Assembly (NCBI GenBank): GCA_951406725.2
Contig: OX597842.1
Location: 2,542,001-2,606,000 of the forward strand
Source of the DNA: Octopus vulgaris
Lineage: Eukaryota
Direction of reading: 5' to 3'
DNA: 64,000 bases
Made by a program: the position numbers and the translations under genes. Below are positions 48,395 to 60,829 of this stretch, piece by piece. Positions within the stretch are counted from its first letter, which is position 1. Every line of letters starts with the position of its first letter. The notes under the pieces are model-generated. The model did not search any database. It saw nothing but the letters and a program-made list of their open reading frames with translations, and had not been told where the DNA came from.

Positions 48395-48792
48395 GGCGCA
48401 GGAGTGGCTGTGTGATAAGTAGCTTGTTTACCAACCACATGGTTCCAGGTTCAGTCCCACTGCGTGGCACCTTGGGAAAGTGTCTTCTACTATAGCCTCG
48501 GGCCAACCAAAGCCTTGTGAGTGGATTTGGTAGATGGAAACTGAAAGAAACCCATCGTATATATATATATATATATATATATGCGTGTGTGTGTTTGTGT
48601 TTGTCCCCCTAGCATTGCATGACAACCGATGCTGGTGTGTTTATGTCCCCGTTACTTAGCGGTTCTGCAAAAGTGACCGATAGAATAAGTACTGGGCTTA
48701 CAAAAGAATAAGTCCCGGGGTCGAGTTGCTCGACTTAAAGGCAGTGCTCCAGCATGGCCACAGTCAAATGACTGAAACCAGTAAAAGAGTAA
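48395..48792 (+). mobile_element. SINE family A, full-length
   Basis: Family A unit. Confidence 0.85.
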
Positions 48793-49428
48793 GCCACAAG
48801 TCATTATTAAAATGACTTTTAGTTGAATTCTTTAACAAGAATTATTATCGTAAGTCTTCTAAATATTCCTCAATTCAGATAAATGTTCATTGTATCAGAA
48901 TTTTTTAATGGTAACTCTAATTTACTAGTTGCTCAAGAAAACCCAAACCCTCTATCCCCACCTTTGCAAAATATAGAAAAAAAAATTGTAAAAAAAAAAA
49001 GGGTAAATGCTTAAATAAAACCCAGGGATTTCAGATTTCATGCCCCCATTGTCACAACAGCTTTTAGTTGGTGATCGTCAGGGATTGTTCTGAAACACAT
49101 GTCATCTAAATGCATCTTAATTTAAAAGAAATTGCTTTGCATGAAACTGCGGAATTCTTCTACAAGAGGATAATGGGTGGGGGAAGGTGCTTTTTGGGCT
49201 GTTAAAATAAAAAAATAAAATAATGATTTAAAAAACACACAGGGTCGCCCCCTTCTTTGCCTTTATGGAATGGACTATTTTGTCGACATAAAATTAGACT
49301 ATCATTAAAATTCTTAAGTCAGATAATTTTCTATGATTCAACATAATTATTTCAATATCATTATTGATATTCCCATTATTATCAATATTTTTATTCTATT
49401 ATTATTATCATTATTATTATTATTATTA

Positions 49429-49462
<34 letters not shown>

Positions 49463-49751
49463 CATTATGGTTATTGTTATTATAATTATTTAAATTTGGT
49501 TTTTGTCATATCTCTCCCACTGATGGTTGACTCAGGATAAGTATTATTATTATTATTATTATTATTGGATCGATATAATTGAATAGCCCCCACCCCCCAA
49601 AATTTCAGACCTTATGCCTATAATAGAAAGGATTGTTGTTATTATTACTGTTTAGGGGTTGATAAAATAGATACCAGTTGAGTACTGGGGTCGATGTAAT
49701 TGACTTATCCCGACCCCCAAAATTTCAGGCCTTGTGCCTATACTAGAAAGG

Positions 49752-49795
<44 letters not shown>

Positions 49796-49974
49796 GGCGG
49801 TGAGCTGGCAGAAATGTTAGTATGCTGGGTGAAATACTTAGCACTATTTTGTCTGTCTTTATGTTCTGAGTTCAAATTCCGCCAAGGTCAGCTTTGTCTT
49901 TCATCCTTTCGGATGAAAGTACCAGTTGCATACTGGGGTCGATCTAATCGACTGGCCCCACTCCCCAAAAACTT

Positions 49975-50750
49975 CTACCACCAATACCAACACTACCCCA
50001 ACACCATCATGAACACTACTACCATCACTACCACCAGCACCACCAACAACAACACTACCCCCAACACCATCACCACTACCGTCACTACCACCAACACCAC
50101 CACCCCAACACCATCACCAGCACTACTACCATCACTACCACCAACATCACCACCAACACCACCACACCATCACCAGCACTACTACCATCACTACCACCAA
50201 CATCACCACCAACATCACCACCAACACCACCACACCATCACCAGCACTACTACCATCACTACCACCAACATCACCACCAACACCACCACACCATCACCAG
50301 CACTACTACCATCACTACCACCAACATCACCACCACCACCACCAACACCATCACCACTACACTCACTACTACCATCACAACATCACCACCAACACCACCA
50401 CACCATCACCAGCACTACTACCATCACTACCACCAACATCACCACCAACACCACCACACCATCACCAGCACTACTACCATCACTACCACCAACATCACCA
50501 CCAACACCACCACACCATCACCAGCACTACTACCATCACTACCACCAACATCACCACCAACACCACCACACCATCACCAGCACTACTACCATCACTACCA
50601 CCAACATCACCACCAACACCATCACCAGCACTACTACCAACATCACCACCCTCATTATCATCATCACTAACATCACCAACACTACTACCACCACCACCAC
50701 CACCACCACTCCACCACCACCACTACAACCAACACCACCACCGCTGCCAC
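49975..50750. repeat. ACC-rich minisatellite with a 56-bp higher-order unit
   Basis: CCATCACCAGCACTACTACCATCACTACCACCAACATCACCACCAACACCACCACA at 50111, 50167 and later positions. Confidence 0.9.
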
Positions 50751-51039
50751 CAATTATTCTCCAAGCAAAACAACATTGCCCCCTTGATATTGTTCTGGTT
50801 GTTGTTGTTGTTGCTCTTTGTTTATTTTGAATGCTAACTCAAAGGTTTGGCACTTTTTTGCTAAGTTTCAGCTACCTCTCCTGGGACTTGTGTATATACG
50901 CACATGTGTACATGTATGTATATATGTATTTGTTAATGAGTGGAGATGCATGCATGTGTGAGCCTGTGTACTTGAATATACCCATGTAATGCATATGTGT
51001 ATATACGTGTGTGTATTTATGTACATGTGTATATGTATG

Positions 51040-51149
51040 TGTATGAATGCATGTATGGGTGTGTGTGTGTGTGTGTATATATTCACCTGCATACTGATCT
51101 ATATATGTGTGTATGTGCTGATGTATCCTTGTATATCTGTATGTATCCC

Positions 51150-51180
<31 letters not shown>

Positions 51181-51870
51181 ATAAGCATGCATGGGTGTGT
51201 GTTTTTATGCAGGTGTGCATATATATATATATGTGTATGTGTGTGTGTGTAAATATATACCTGTGTTCAGATATATATGTGTGTATTGATGTATGCTTGT
51301 ATACTTGTATGTGTGTATGTATCCCTGTATATATGTGCATATAAGCATTCATGGGGGAGGGGGTTATGCAGGTGTATATATAAATATGTATGTGTGTGTG
51401 TGTAAATATATACCTGTGTTCAGTATATATGTGTGTTGATGTACGCTTGTATATCTGCATGTGTATGTATATATATATATGTCCATGTATATGTGTGTAT
51501 GTATCCCTGTATATATATATATATATAAATGTGTGTGTGTGTATGTATGCTTGTATGTGTGTGTAAATATATCCATGTATCTGTGTGTATGTATCCCTGT
51601 CTATATATGTGCATAAGCATTCATGGGGGGGGGTTATGCAGGTGTATATATATATATATGTGTGTGTGTATGTATCCCTGTATATATGTGTGTATAAGCA
51701 TTCATGGGGGGGTTAGGTTTATGCCGATGTACATATATGTATGTATGTGTGTGTGTGTGTGTATAAATATATACCTGTGTTCAGTATATGTGTGTGTTGA
51801 TGTACACTTGTATATCTGTATGTGTATGTATATATGACCATGTATATGTGTGTATGCCTGCATTGGGGGA
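51040..51870. repeat. Higher-order tandem repeat built from (TA)/(TG) microsatellites and short unique anchors
   Basis: GTATCCCTG, ATAAGCATTCATGGGGG, TTATGCAGGTG and ATACCTGTGTTCAG recur 3-5 times. Confidence 0.8.
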
Positions 51871-52511
51871 AAGGGTGTGCCCCTTTTCATTTCTTTGAAT
51901 TCTTCTTGAAAGGAAGGAACCATATTCAAAACAAAACAACCAAAGTTCCATCATTGGAATTTGATTAACATCAAGAATATTTGTTGCATATCAAAACTGA
52001 AATTTAGAAAACTCTTGCGTATTTTTACCATTCCACTTTCAGAATGTATGTATAAAATTCACATTAGCTTCTTTGTTTCTCAGCTTGAAAACTCAAACTT
52101 GAGAAAATCTTACAAATATTTACTGTTCCACTTACAAATTATATCTGTAATGAGTGTATTACCAGTTTGATTTCTTTTTCTGAAAACCCTCGCTTATCCA
52201 CTTTGATATTTACCTGCAAAACCAAGAGCACCAATTATTATTGGTATAAATATGAATTTATAATCCAGATAAAGAAGCTGGAAGTTTCAAAGAAGTTGTC
52301 CAATAATTATTCATTTTCTCTTTGATTTTTAAAGACATTCACATCATCAGGATAGCTGACCTCTACAGCAGAACATTCTATTTTGTTTTGTTTTTTTTTG
52401 GTCCATCTCAAATAACAATATCTGGCCTGTTATGCTTAACACTTGACAGATGTTTTAATGGAAATATTCCATCGGTACTTCTTGTTGATGATGTGTGTAT
52501 TTACTCAATAG

Positions 52512-52902
52512 CTAGCAGTATCGCCTGGCGTTGCTCAGGTTTGTTTCGACCCATTAGAATTGGAATTTATGAAAAGTAAACATTTTGCATTATTGTAGCT
52601 TGTTATTCTCTTCAAGTGAACATTTTTCCAGTTGAAATACACTGAAAAAAGGCAACACAGCAGTAAAAAAATCGTAAAAAAATTGGGATTTTTATAGAAA
52701 AAAAGGTACCTTCTTGATGTAAATAATTTTTGGTCTTAACATGGTCCGATTTGAATTTTTTCTTCTACGGCAGGAAGAGCAAGCCTTCTTCTATCATACT
52801 CTCAATTTTGGTCAACTCGCGCTGCAGGGTCTCAGAGGAGATAATGTTAGTTGAAGGCTACTAAACCTGCCATACACACACAACTTTACCTTCATATATA
52901 GA
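52512..52902 (-). mobile_element. Non-autonomous Helitron
   Basis: 3' end CTAGCAGTATCGCCTGGCGTTGCTC (plus-strand view) nearly identical to 4423 element; 5' TC(TA)n terminus; different interior. Confidence 0.7.
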
Positions 52903-53254
52903 GGGACAAGGGAATTCTCTAAATTTATTCCATGACAGTTTTTCTTTCAAATGACATTGTATCTTGTTTCTTTGTCTATATATGTATGTTTTTGTCTCTT
53001 CTGTTTATGATTATTTAAATTCTTCCTCTGAGGAAGGAGCTGGTTTCTAACAAAGATACTAAGCTCCCTCATTGGAATGTAGATAACAAAAACACTGTCA
53101 CATTTTAAACTTGAGAAAAGTTTTGCGTATCTTTACTGTTCCTCTTACAAATTGTACTATGTTCAAATCAGTTGGTTGATTTCTTTTTCTCAAAACTCTG
53201 GTTTATCCAGTGAGGCATTTACTTACAAACCAAATGCATCAATTCTTTTTTCTT

Positions 53255-53638
53255 TTTCTTTTATTTGTTTCGGTCATTTGACTGTGCCCATACTGGAGCA
53301 CCGCCTTTAGTTACACAAATTGACCCTAGGACTTATTCTTTGTAATCCTCGTACTTATTCTATCGATCTCTCTGCTAAGTTACGGGGATGTAAACACACC
53401 AGCATCGGTTGTCAAGTGATGCTGGGAGGACAAACACTGACACACAAACATATATACACACATATACATATATACGACAGGCTTCTTTCAGTTTCCGTCT
53501 ACAAAATCCACTCACAAGGCTTTGGTCGGCCCGAAACTATAGTAGAAGACACTTGTCCAAGGTGCCACACAGTGGGACCGAACCCGGAACGATGTGGTTG
53601 GTAAGCAAGCTACTTACCACACAGCCACTCCTGCGCCT
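53255..53638 (-). mobile_element. SINE family A, full-length
   Basis: Family A unit. Confidence 0.85.
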
Positions 53639-54127
53639 AATATAAATTTATAATCTGGAGGTTTCGAAACAGATGTCCATAGTTCTCTTTGATTTTACAA
53701 GTTACATTCACATCAGCAAGGCAGCTGACCTTTATAACAGTAAACACATTTTCTTGTCTGTCCTTAACAAAATCTGGCCTGTTATATTTACACTTGGCAA
53801 ATGTTTTGATGGGAATGTTACACCAGAATTCCTTGTGTTGGTATTTATCTTCATTGCCAATAACAAAGTCCTTCTTTATATTTATCCCAGGACAGTGAAT
53901 CTGTACGTAAATATATGTATGTGTGTATTTAAGTATCTATATTTATGTGTCTATACAAAGACAAGGGGTTTCTCACACCCAGCTTTTGGATAGCGTTTGC
54001 CTGTGCTGAGTTCATCTGCTCTTTAGCAGGTTATGTTTTTTTGCCTTGCAAGGTGTCCAATGAAAACCACCCCCTTCTTATCAAACAAGCTTGTTATGGT
54101 AGGGTTGCCAGTTCAGTCATCTAACAT

Positions 54128-54705
54128 TTTTCTTTATTGCCCACAAGGGGTTAAACATAAATAGGACAAACAAGGAGAGACAAAGGGATTAAGTCGATTA
54201 GATTGACCTCAGTGCATAACTGGTACTTAATTTATCAACCCCGAATGGATGATAGGCAAAGTCGACCTCGGCGGAATTTGAACTCAGAACATATGGCAGA
54301 CAAAATACCTACTTCTTTACTACCCACAAGGGGCTAAACACAGAGAGGACAAACAAACGGGTTAAGTCGATTATATTGACCCCAGTGCATAACTGATACT
54401 TAATTTATTGACCCCGAAAGGATGAAAGGCAAAGTCAACCTCGGCGGAATTTGAACTCAGAATGTAACGGCAGACGAAATACCTATTTCTTTACTACCCA
54501 CCAGAGGCTAAACACAGAGAGGACAAACAAACGGATTAAGTCGATTATACTGACCCAGTGCGTAACTGGTACTTAATTTATTGACCCCGAATGGATGAAA
54601 GGCAAAGTCAACCTCGGCGGAATTTGAACTCAGAATGTAGCCGCAGACGAAATACCGCTAAGCATTTCGCCCGGCGTGCTAACGTTTCTGCCAGCTTGCT
54701 GCCTT
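54128..54705 (-). mobile_element. SINE family B trimer (one head, three body+tail units)
   Basis: Tails end at ~54128, ~54313 and ~54486; single 5' end at ~54705. Confidence 0.85.
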
Positions 54706-55165
54706 CAGTCATTTTACAGCCATCATGTATCATCATCATCGTCGTTTAACATCCATTTTCCATGCTGGCATGGGTTGGATGATTTGAGAGGGGCTAGCCA
54801 GGCAGAATACAGCACCTGACTTCTGTGTCTTTTACAGCTGGATTCCCTTCCTAGCACCAGCCACTCCACAGAGTGAGTTGAGTGCTTTTTATGTGGCCCC
54901 AGCACAGGCGATGTATGTCATTGTTCAGTTTTATTTCAAGATTTCTTGCCAATAGAGAAAGATCCGGTTTCTAACCTAGATCCAAGGCTCCTTCATTGAA
55001 ATTTCAACATCAACAGAGTATTTGTTTGTGTGTGTATATTTGCAGCATTTGGAGTCAGTACATATGCAGATTTGTACATTTTGTTTTATGTATGTATTCA
55101 CATGTATATTAGTTTCCTTCTCTAGACATTCAGATATACAGTTCCACTGATGGTTTTGATTTGTA

Positions 55166-55572
55166 GGCGCAGGAGTGGCTGTGTGGCAAGTAGCTTACTT
55201 ATCAACCACACGGTTCCCACTGCGTGGCACCTTGGGCAAGTGTCTTCTACTATAGCCTTGGGCCAACCAAAGCCTTGTGAATGGATTTGGTAGATGGAAG
55301 CTGAAAGAAGCCTGTCGTATATATGTATTTATATATATGTGTGTGTGTGTGTTTGTGTATCTTTGTGTTTGTTCCCCCCAACATTGCTTGACAACCGATG
55401 TTGGTGTGTTTATGACCCCCATAACTTAGTATTTCTGCAAAAGAGACCGATAGAATAAGTACTAGGCTTACAAAGAATAAGTCATGGGTAGATATCTTTT
55501 ACTAAAATACGCTTCAAGGTAGTGCTCCAGCATGGCTGCAGTCAAAAGACTGAAATAAGTAAAAGAATAAAA
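55166..55572 (+). mobile_element. SINE family A
   Basis: Family A unit. Confidence 0.85.
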
Positions 55573-55661
55573 GAATATATATATATGTGTATATTTGCAG
55601 CATTTGGAGTCAGTACATATGCAGATTTGTACATTTTGTATATATACATATATCTTATATA

Positions 55662-55709
<48 letters not shown>

Positions 55710-55718
55710 TCTTATATA

Positions 55719-55759
<41 letters not shown>

Positions 55760-55761
55760 AA

Positions 55762-55925
55762 TATTAGGGAATAAATCCAAATTTACAAGGAAAAATCAGA
55801 TTTAAGATTGAATCCAATTTTATAGTAAAATATTATATTATATTAAATTAGAGACAAAACCACTATTATGCAAATCAAACAAAGAAAGACTTAAGCCAAT
55901 ACATAAAATAATTTATATAAATTAA
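55762..55925 (+). repeat. Unclassified AT-rich dispersed repeat; related copies at ~10320-10445 (-), ~43750-43900 (+) and ~63730-63860 (-)
   Basis: Shared AAATTAGAG..AAAACCACTATTA.GCAAATCA segment. Confidence 0.55.
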
Positions 55926-55936
55926 AATTTAACATA

Positions 55937-55971
<35 letters not shown>

Positions 55972-56015
55972 AAACAAGTCAAGATGGAAAATGCTAATAT
56001 AATTTTATAAAGAAC

Positions 56016-56060
56016 ATTTCAGTACCGGTTTCGGTCATTTGAGACTTTTTCAACTGTAAC
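56016..56060 (-). ncRNA. Minimal hammerhead-like motif with U3-A8 covariant core
   Basis: Minus strand gttacag-TTGAAAA-agtc-tcaaat-gacc-GAAAC-CG-GTA-ctgaaat; palindromic stem III ACCGGT; first stem II pair mismatched. Confidence 0.5.
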
Positions 56061-56590
56061 AATTAAAATAATTAAATTTTGAAAAATTAAAAGAAAAGTT
56101 TTTTTAAAAGAATATTTGTTTAGCGTTCAAATATAAGTGGCATTTTCCTTGTTTCTGCCTTTCTCTGTCTCTCTTGTTAACACTTATAATGTGTGTGTGT
56201 ATATATATATATGTGTCCGTGTATCTGTATATATATATATATGTGTGTGTCTGTGTGTGTATATTAATAATATGTATGTCTATATTGGCATACACACGCT
56301 GAGACTTCATTCAGTGTTCATACGCCAAATGCTTTGGTCAGCTGGATTGACCTCTGGTAGAAAACACTGCATCCAAGATGCAGTAAAGTTCAGTTGAACC
56401 CTGCACCACATGGCTGGGAAACAGCACTCTTAACCATACGACCTGTCATGTGTGTATATGTGTGTTTGTGCACGTATGCATACATGCATGTAAATGTGAA
56501 TGCATCGGTGTCATCGCATGTGTGGATTTGTACGTCGTGACCTATGTAGACATCTACACACGTGCATCTATATATACATACATACATACA

Positions 56591-56647
<57 letters not shown>

Positions 56648-57127
56648 GCTACAGACAGAACCTCTGGAATGCTTTACACATTTTTCCAGTTCCGATAATG
56701 GCATGCAATTATGTGTGTATATGTATGTGTGTGTGTGTGCATGTGTGTATACATATGTGTGTGTATGTATATGTGTGTGTGTGTATATATATGTGTGTGA
56801 GTGTGTGCGTATATATATAGATATATATATATATATATATGTATATATACGTGTATGTATAGATGAGTGTATACACTTTTAACTGGTATATAAACCTAAA
56901 TTCTATACGCTGCAATTCAGGAATGTTTCAGATATTTTTACAGTTCCGTTAATGGCCCACAATAATGTGTGTGTGTGTGTTTGGGTGGGTGGATGTATAG
57001 GAGCTGAAATTAAAAAACATGTAATAAACAGAAATAGCAAAGAAACGCAAGAACGGTAGCTTTTAAGTGCCAAACTAATAACGCCGTGTGTGCAAGTGCC
57101 CACGTGTGTGTGCGTGTGTGCATATAA

Positions 57128-57168
<41 letters not shown>

Positions 57169-57581
57169 TGCATATACACATCTATTTCTCCATGTATAAA
57201 GACACACACACAAACATATATATGCATACACACATATATATATATATATATTTATACATACATACACACATACAGATACATACATGTACACAAATACATA
57301 CACGCATACATATACCCATATTTATATATGTTTACACACACACATACATATACACAAAGACACTTATGCTGATACACACACAAACACTTATCTAATTTAT
57401 ATATATACATATTTATACATACATACATTTAAGCACCTATTTATGTGTGTATATATATATATATATACATACATAGAAGTGCTTGTATATATGTATATAT
57501 ATATATATACATACATACATACATATATACATACATACATACATACATACATACATACATACATACATACATACATACATA

Positions 57582-57627
<46 letters not shown>

Positions 57628-58139
57628 CACATATGCTCATATATACACATATGCTCATATATACACATATGTACACATTGATATGACACATTGTTTATTT
57701 ATCTAGGCATGCTTTTGAAATTCCAGCCCTGTTTTATCCCAGTTCTAGCTTTTTAACTTGTGTTGTTTTAATGGCCGGCTCTTGTGTGTCTGTTTGTCTT
57801 ATGGGGGGGTGTCGGAAGTTCTCTTTAGATGTCGATGTGTCTCTTTGTATGTGTGTGGGGGGGGGGGAGTGTCTGTACACACATATGCTTATACGTGTAT
57901 ATATCCATACTCATATATGCACATACAAATATATATACATACACGACACATATATACATTTATATACATACCCACACACACATACATAAAGACATACATG
58001 TATATATATATATATACAGACATATATACAGACATATCTACACATACATGTCCATATACATACATACACACATATACATACATACACACACATATATTTG
58101 TCCATATATATATATATATTTATATATATATATATACAT

Positions 58140-58187
<48 letters not shown>

Positions 58188-58524
58188 GCATATATACATA
58201 CACACATGTATGTATACATATGTATTTGTGTGCACGTGTATATTTATAATTTCTCCAACACGTGTAAACTGCCAAATCCACTCTAGACCAAGGTATTTAA
58301 TTCCCTGTTAACTTCATAACACATATAAATAAACACTCCCTGATTGTCTGACCATATGGGAAGCTGTTTGTTCCGTAGTGGAATCAGCTGAACATCCGTC
58401 ATTATATAGTGCTCCCTCTGTTGTTTTTGTCATTTTTGTTTAGCCCAAGTTGGCTCCGATCCAGCAGAGATATGTATGTATGTAGTAATCTACTTTTCTA
58501 ACTGTGCTTAACCCATTTCTTACC

Positions 58525-58925
58525 ATGTGGCTGTGTGGTAAGTAGCTTGCTAACCAACCACATGGTTCCGGGTTCAGTCCCACTGCGTGGCATCTTGGGC
58601 AAGTGTCTTCTGCTATAGCCCTGGGCTGACCAATGCCTTGTGAGTGGATTTGGTAGACGGAAACTGAAAGAAGCCTGTCGTATATATGTATATATAAATA
58701 TGTATGTGTGTGTGTGTTTGTGTGTCTGTGTTTGTCCCCCTAGCATTGCTTGACAACTGATGCTGGTGTGTTTACGTCCCCGTCACTTAGCAGTTCAGCA
58801 AAAGAGACCGATAGAATAAGTACTGGGCTTACAAAAATAATAAATCTTGGGGTCGAGTTGCTCGATTAAAGGCGGTGCTCCAGCATGGCTGCAGTGAAAT
58901 GACTGAAACAAGTAAAAGAGAAAGA
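58525..58925 (+). mobile_element. SINE family A
   Basis: Family A unit. Confidence 0.85.
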
Positions 58926-59019
58926 GAGAGATTTGTTTTACTTAATTTTTAAAATCACAATATCAACCAGACCATCGGATGCTGTTGCACACCACTGGTC
59001 ACAATGCGCTTCCAATTCT

Positions 59020-59256
59020 ATCTTCATTGCACCATTCTTTTCTTCTTTGACCCTAATTGCTTAACTAAACCGTCTTCCCAAGCGGCCTTTTATGGTCACT
59101 CGGATACGGCTTGGCTACTGCACAGGTCTGCCTGTTGTCTCTGGACCCTGCAACATGTCCAGCCGAGAGGAACTTCTGGTTTCCGTGTTTTCTGATTGCC
59201 TCATTCACTCCCCTCCGTTCTTGAAATATCTCATTCCGAACATGCACTCTTAATAC
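59020..59256 (-). mobile_element. Decayed RTE-clade LINE C-terminal fragment; second more decayed piece ~59735-60005
   Basis: HVRNEIFQERRGVNEAI...AGHVAGSRDNRQT...PSDHKRPLG resembles the RTE C-terminal RNE...WAGHVAR..DNRWT...KRP.GRP pattern. Confidence 0.6.
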
Positions 59257-60009
59257 AGGTAGGATGGATGTGAGTACAAGTGGTGAGTGTTTTTAAGTGT
59301 CTGGGGTCACATGTGACGGCAGATGGGGCGGGGCGGGGTTGGCTGAGGCGGTGGGATATAGAGCGAGGGAGGGGAGTAAGATACTTGGAGTGGTGAGAGG
59401 GATGCTGATGCTGAGAGATAAAAGGTTGAGAGATGAAAGCGAAAAGAGGTGTGTATGGGGGCGTGATTGTGCCGACAATGTTATGTGGTGCAGAGACATG
59501 GGGGTTGAGAGAGGTGGGAAGGAGGCGACTAGATGTGTTTGAGATGAGACGTCTGAGGGATATGGATGGTGCGACATGGACGGACAGGATGAGGAATGCG
59601 AAGGTGTGAAGATGAGTAGGAATGAGAGAAAAAAAAACTCTTAATGATATAATAGAATAAATATATAATATAATATGATAAATATATAATATAAAACATA
59701 TAACGGTAGCAAGCAGACCATTAGGTGCTATTTATACTCAATGCTCTTCCAATTTTGTCTTGATTGCAACATTCTTGTCCACCTTGGCCCAAATTGCTGA
59801 ACCAAACTGTCTTCCCATCATCATCATGAAGGCCTTCCAAGTGGCCTTTTCCATTTTCTTGGATACCACTTGGAAACTGCACCTTGCACCTAGCACCATG
59901 TCCAGCTCAGTGATACTTGTGCTTTTAGTACTCTGCAATCACATAATTCATTCCACTCCATTTTCTCAAATTATCTCATTTCACATACACTCCCTTAATA
60001 CGTATTCCT

Positions 60010-60430
60010 AAGGCGGCAAGCTGGCAGAAACATTAGCATGCCGGACGATATGCATAGCTGTATTTCGTCTGCCGTTACGTTCTGAGTTCAAATTCCGCTA
60101 AGGTCGACTTTGCCTTTCATCCTTTCAGGGTCGATAAATTAGGTACCAGTTCTGCACTGGGGTTGATATAATCGACTTAATCCATTTGTCTGTCCTTGTT
60201 TGTCCCCTCTGTATTTAGCCCCTTGTGGATAGTAAAGAAATAGAAATAGGTATTTCATCTGTCCTTACATTCTGAGTTCAAATTCCGCCGAGGTCGATTT
60301 TGCCTTTCATATTTTCAGGGTCGATAAATTAAGTACCAGTTATGCACTGGGGTTGATATAATCGACTTAATACCTATGTCTGTCCTTGTTCGTCCCCTGT
60401 GTTTAGCCCCTTGTGGGTTGTAAAGAAATA
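60010..60430 (+). mobile_element. SINE family B dimer, long tails
   Basis: Family B unit followed by a 5'-truncated second unit from ~60248. Confidence 0.85.
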
Positions 60431-60829
60431 AATTATTCCTAGTATGGATCTTTCGATAGTTTAGTTAAGCTATACACAAAAATAACCTGGAACAACAGTG
60501 TGTTGGTATATTTATTATTTTGTTTCAATCAACTACACTATGAAGGCAAGTACAATCAGTCATCTAAATCCCCAGATTCCTCTCCCACCTAACCGGAAGT
60601 CCCTTCTCTGTGGACCAACTCGCTAGCCAGCCCATAGTCAAGTTCCTGTCTACAGCTCATCTCTTATCAGCCCATTGGCAGTGCCCTACATTTCCATGGC
60701 TCTTTGCATCATAGCAAATTGATGTTTTGTCCTCTTCGTAGCAGTTTATGTCTCACTTGCATATAAGAGCAGAGGAGGGCAATGTTATTGAAGAATTTAG
60801 TAAAGTAACTTTGCTTTTATCAACCCTTT

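Larger units (their letters stand above)
51990..53860 (-). mobile_element. Highly decayed restriction-endonuclease LINE fragments related to 15355-16190 (51990-52480, 53100-53245, 53640-53860), interrupted by a Helitron and a SINE
   Basis: Reverse complement encodes RPDIVIW-like, VEVSYPDDVN-like, FIPIIIGALG and GTVKIRKTF motifs. Confidence 0.55.

Noticed and set aside
59293-59577. Purine-rich stretch with ORFs on both strands
   Set aside because: No recognisable motif; it lies between decayed RTE fragments and is probably degraded repeat sequence
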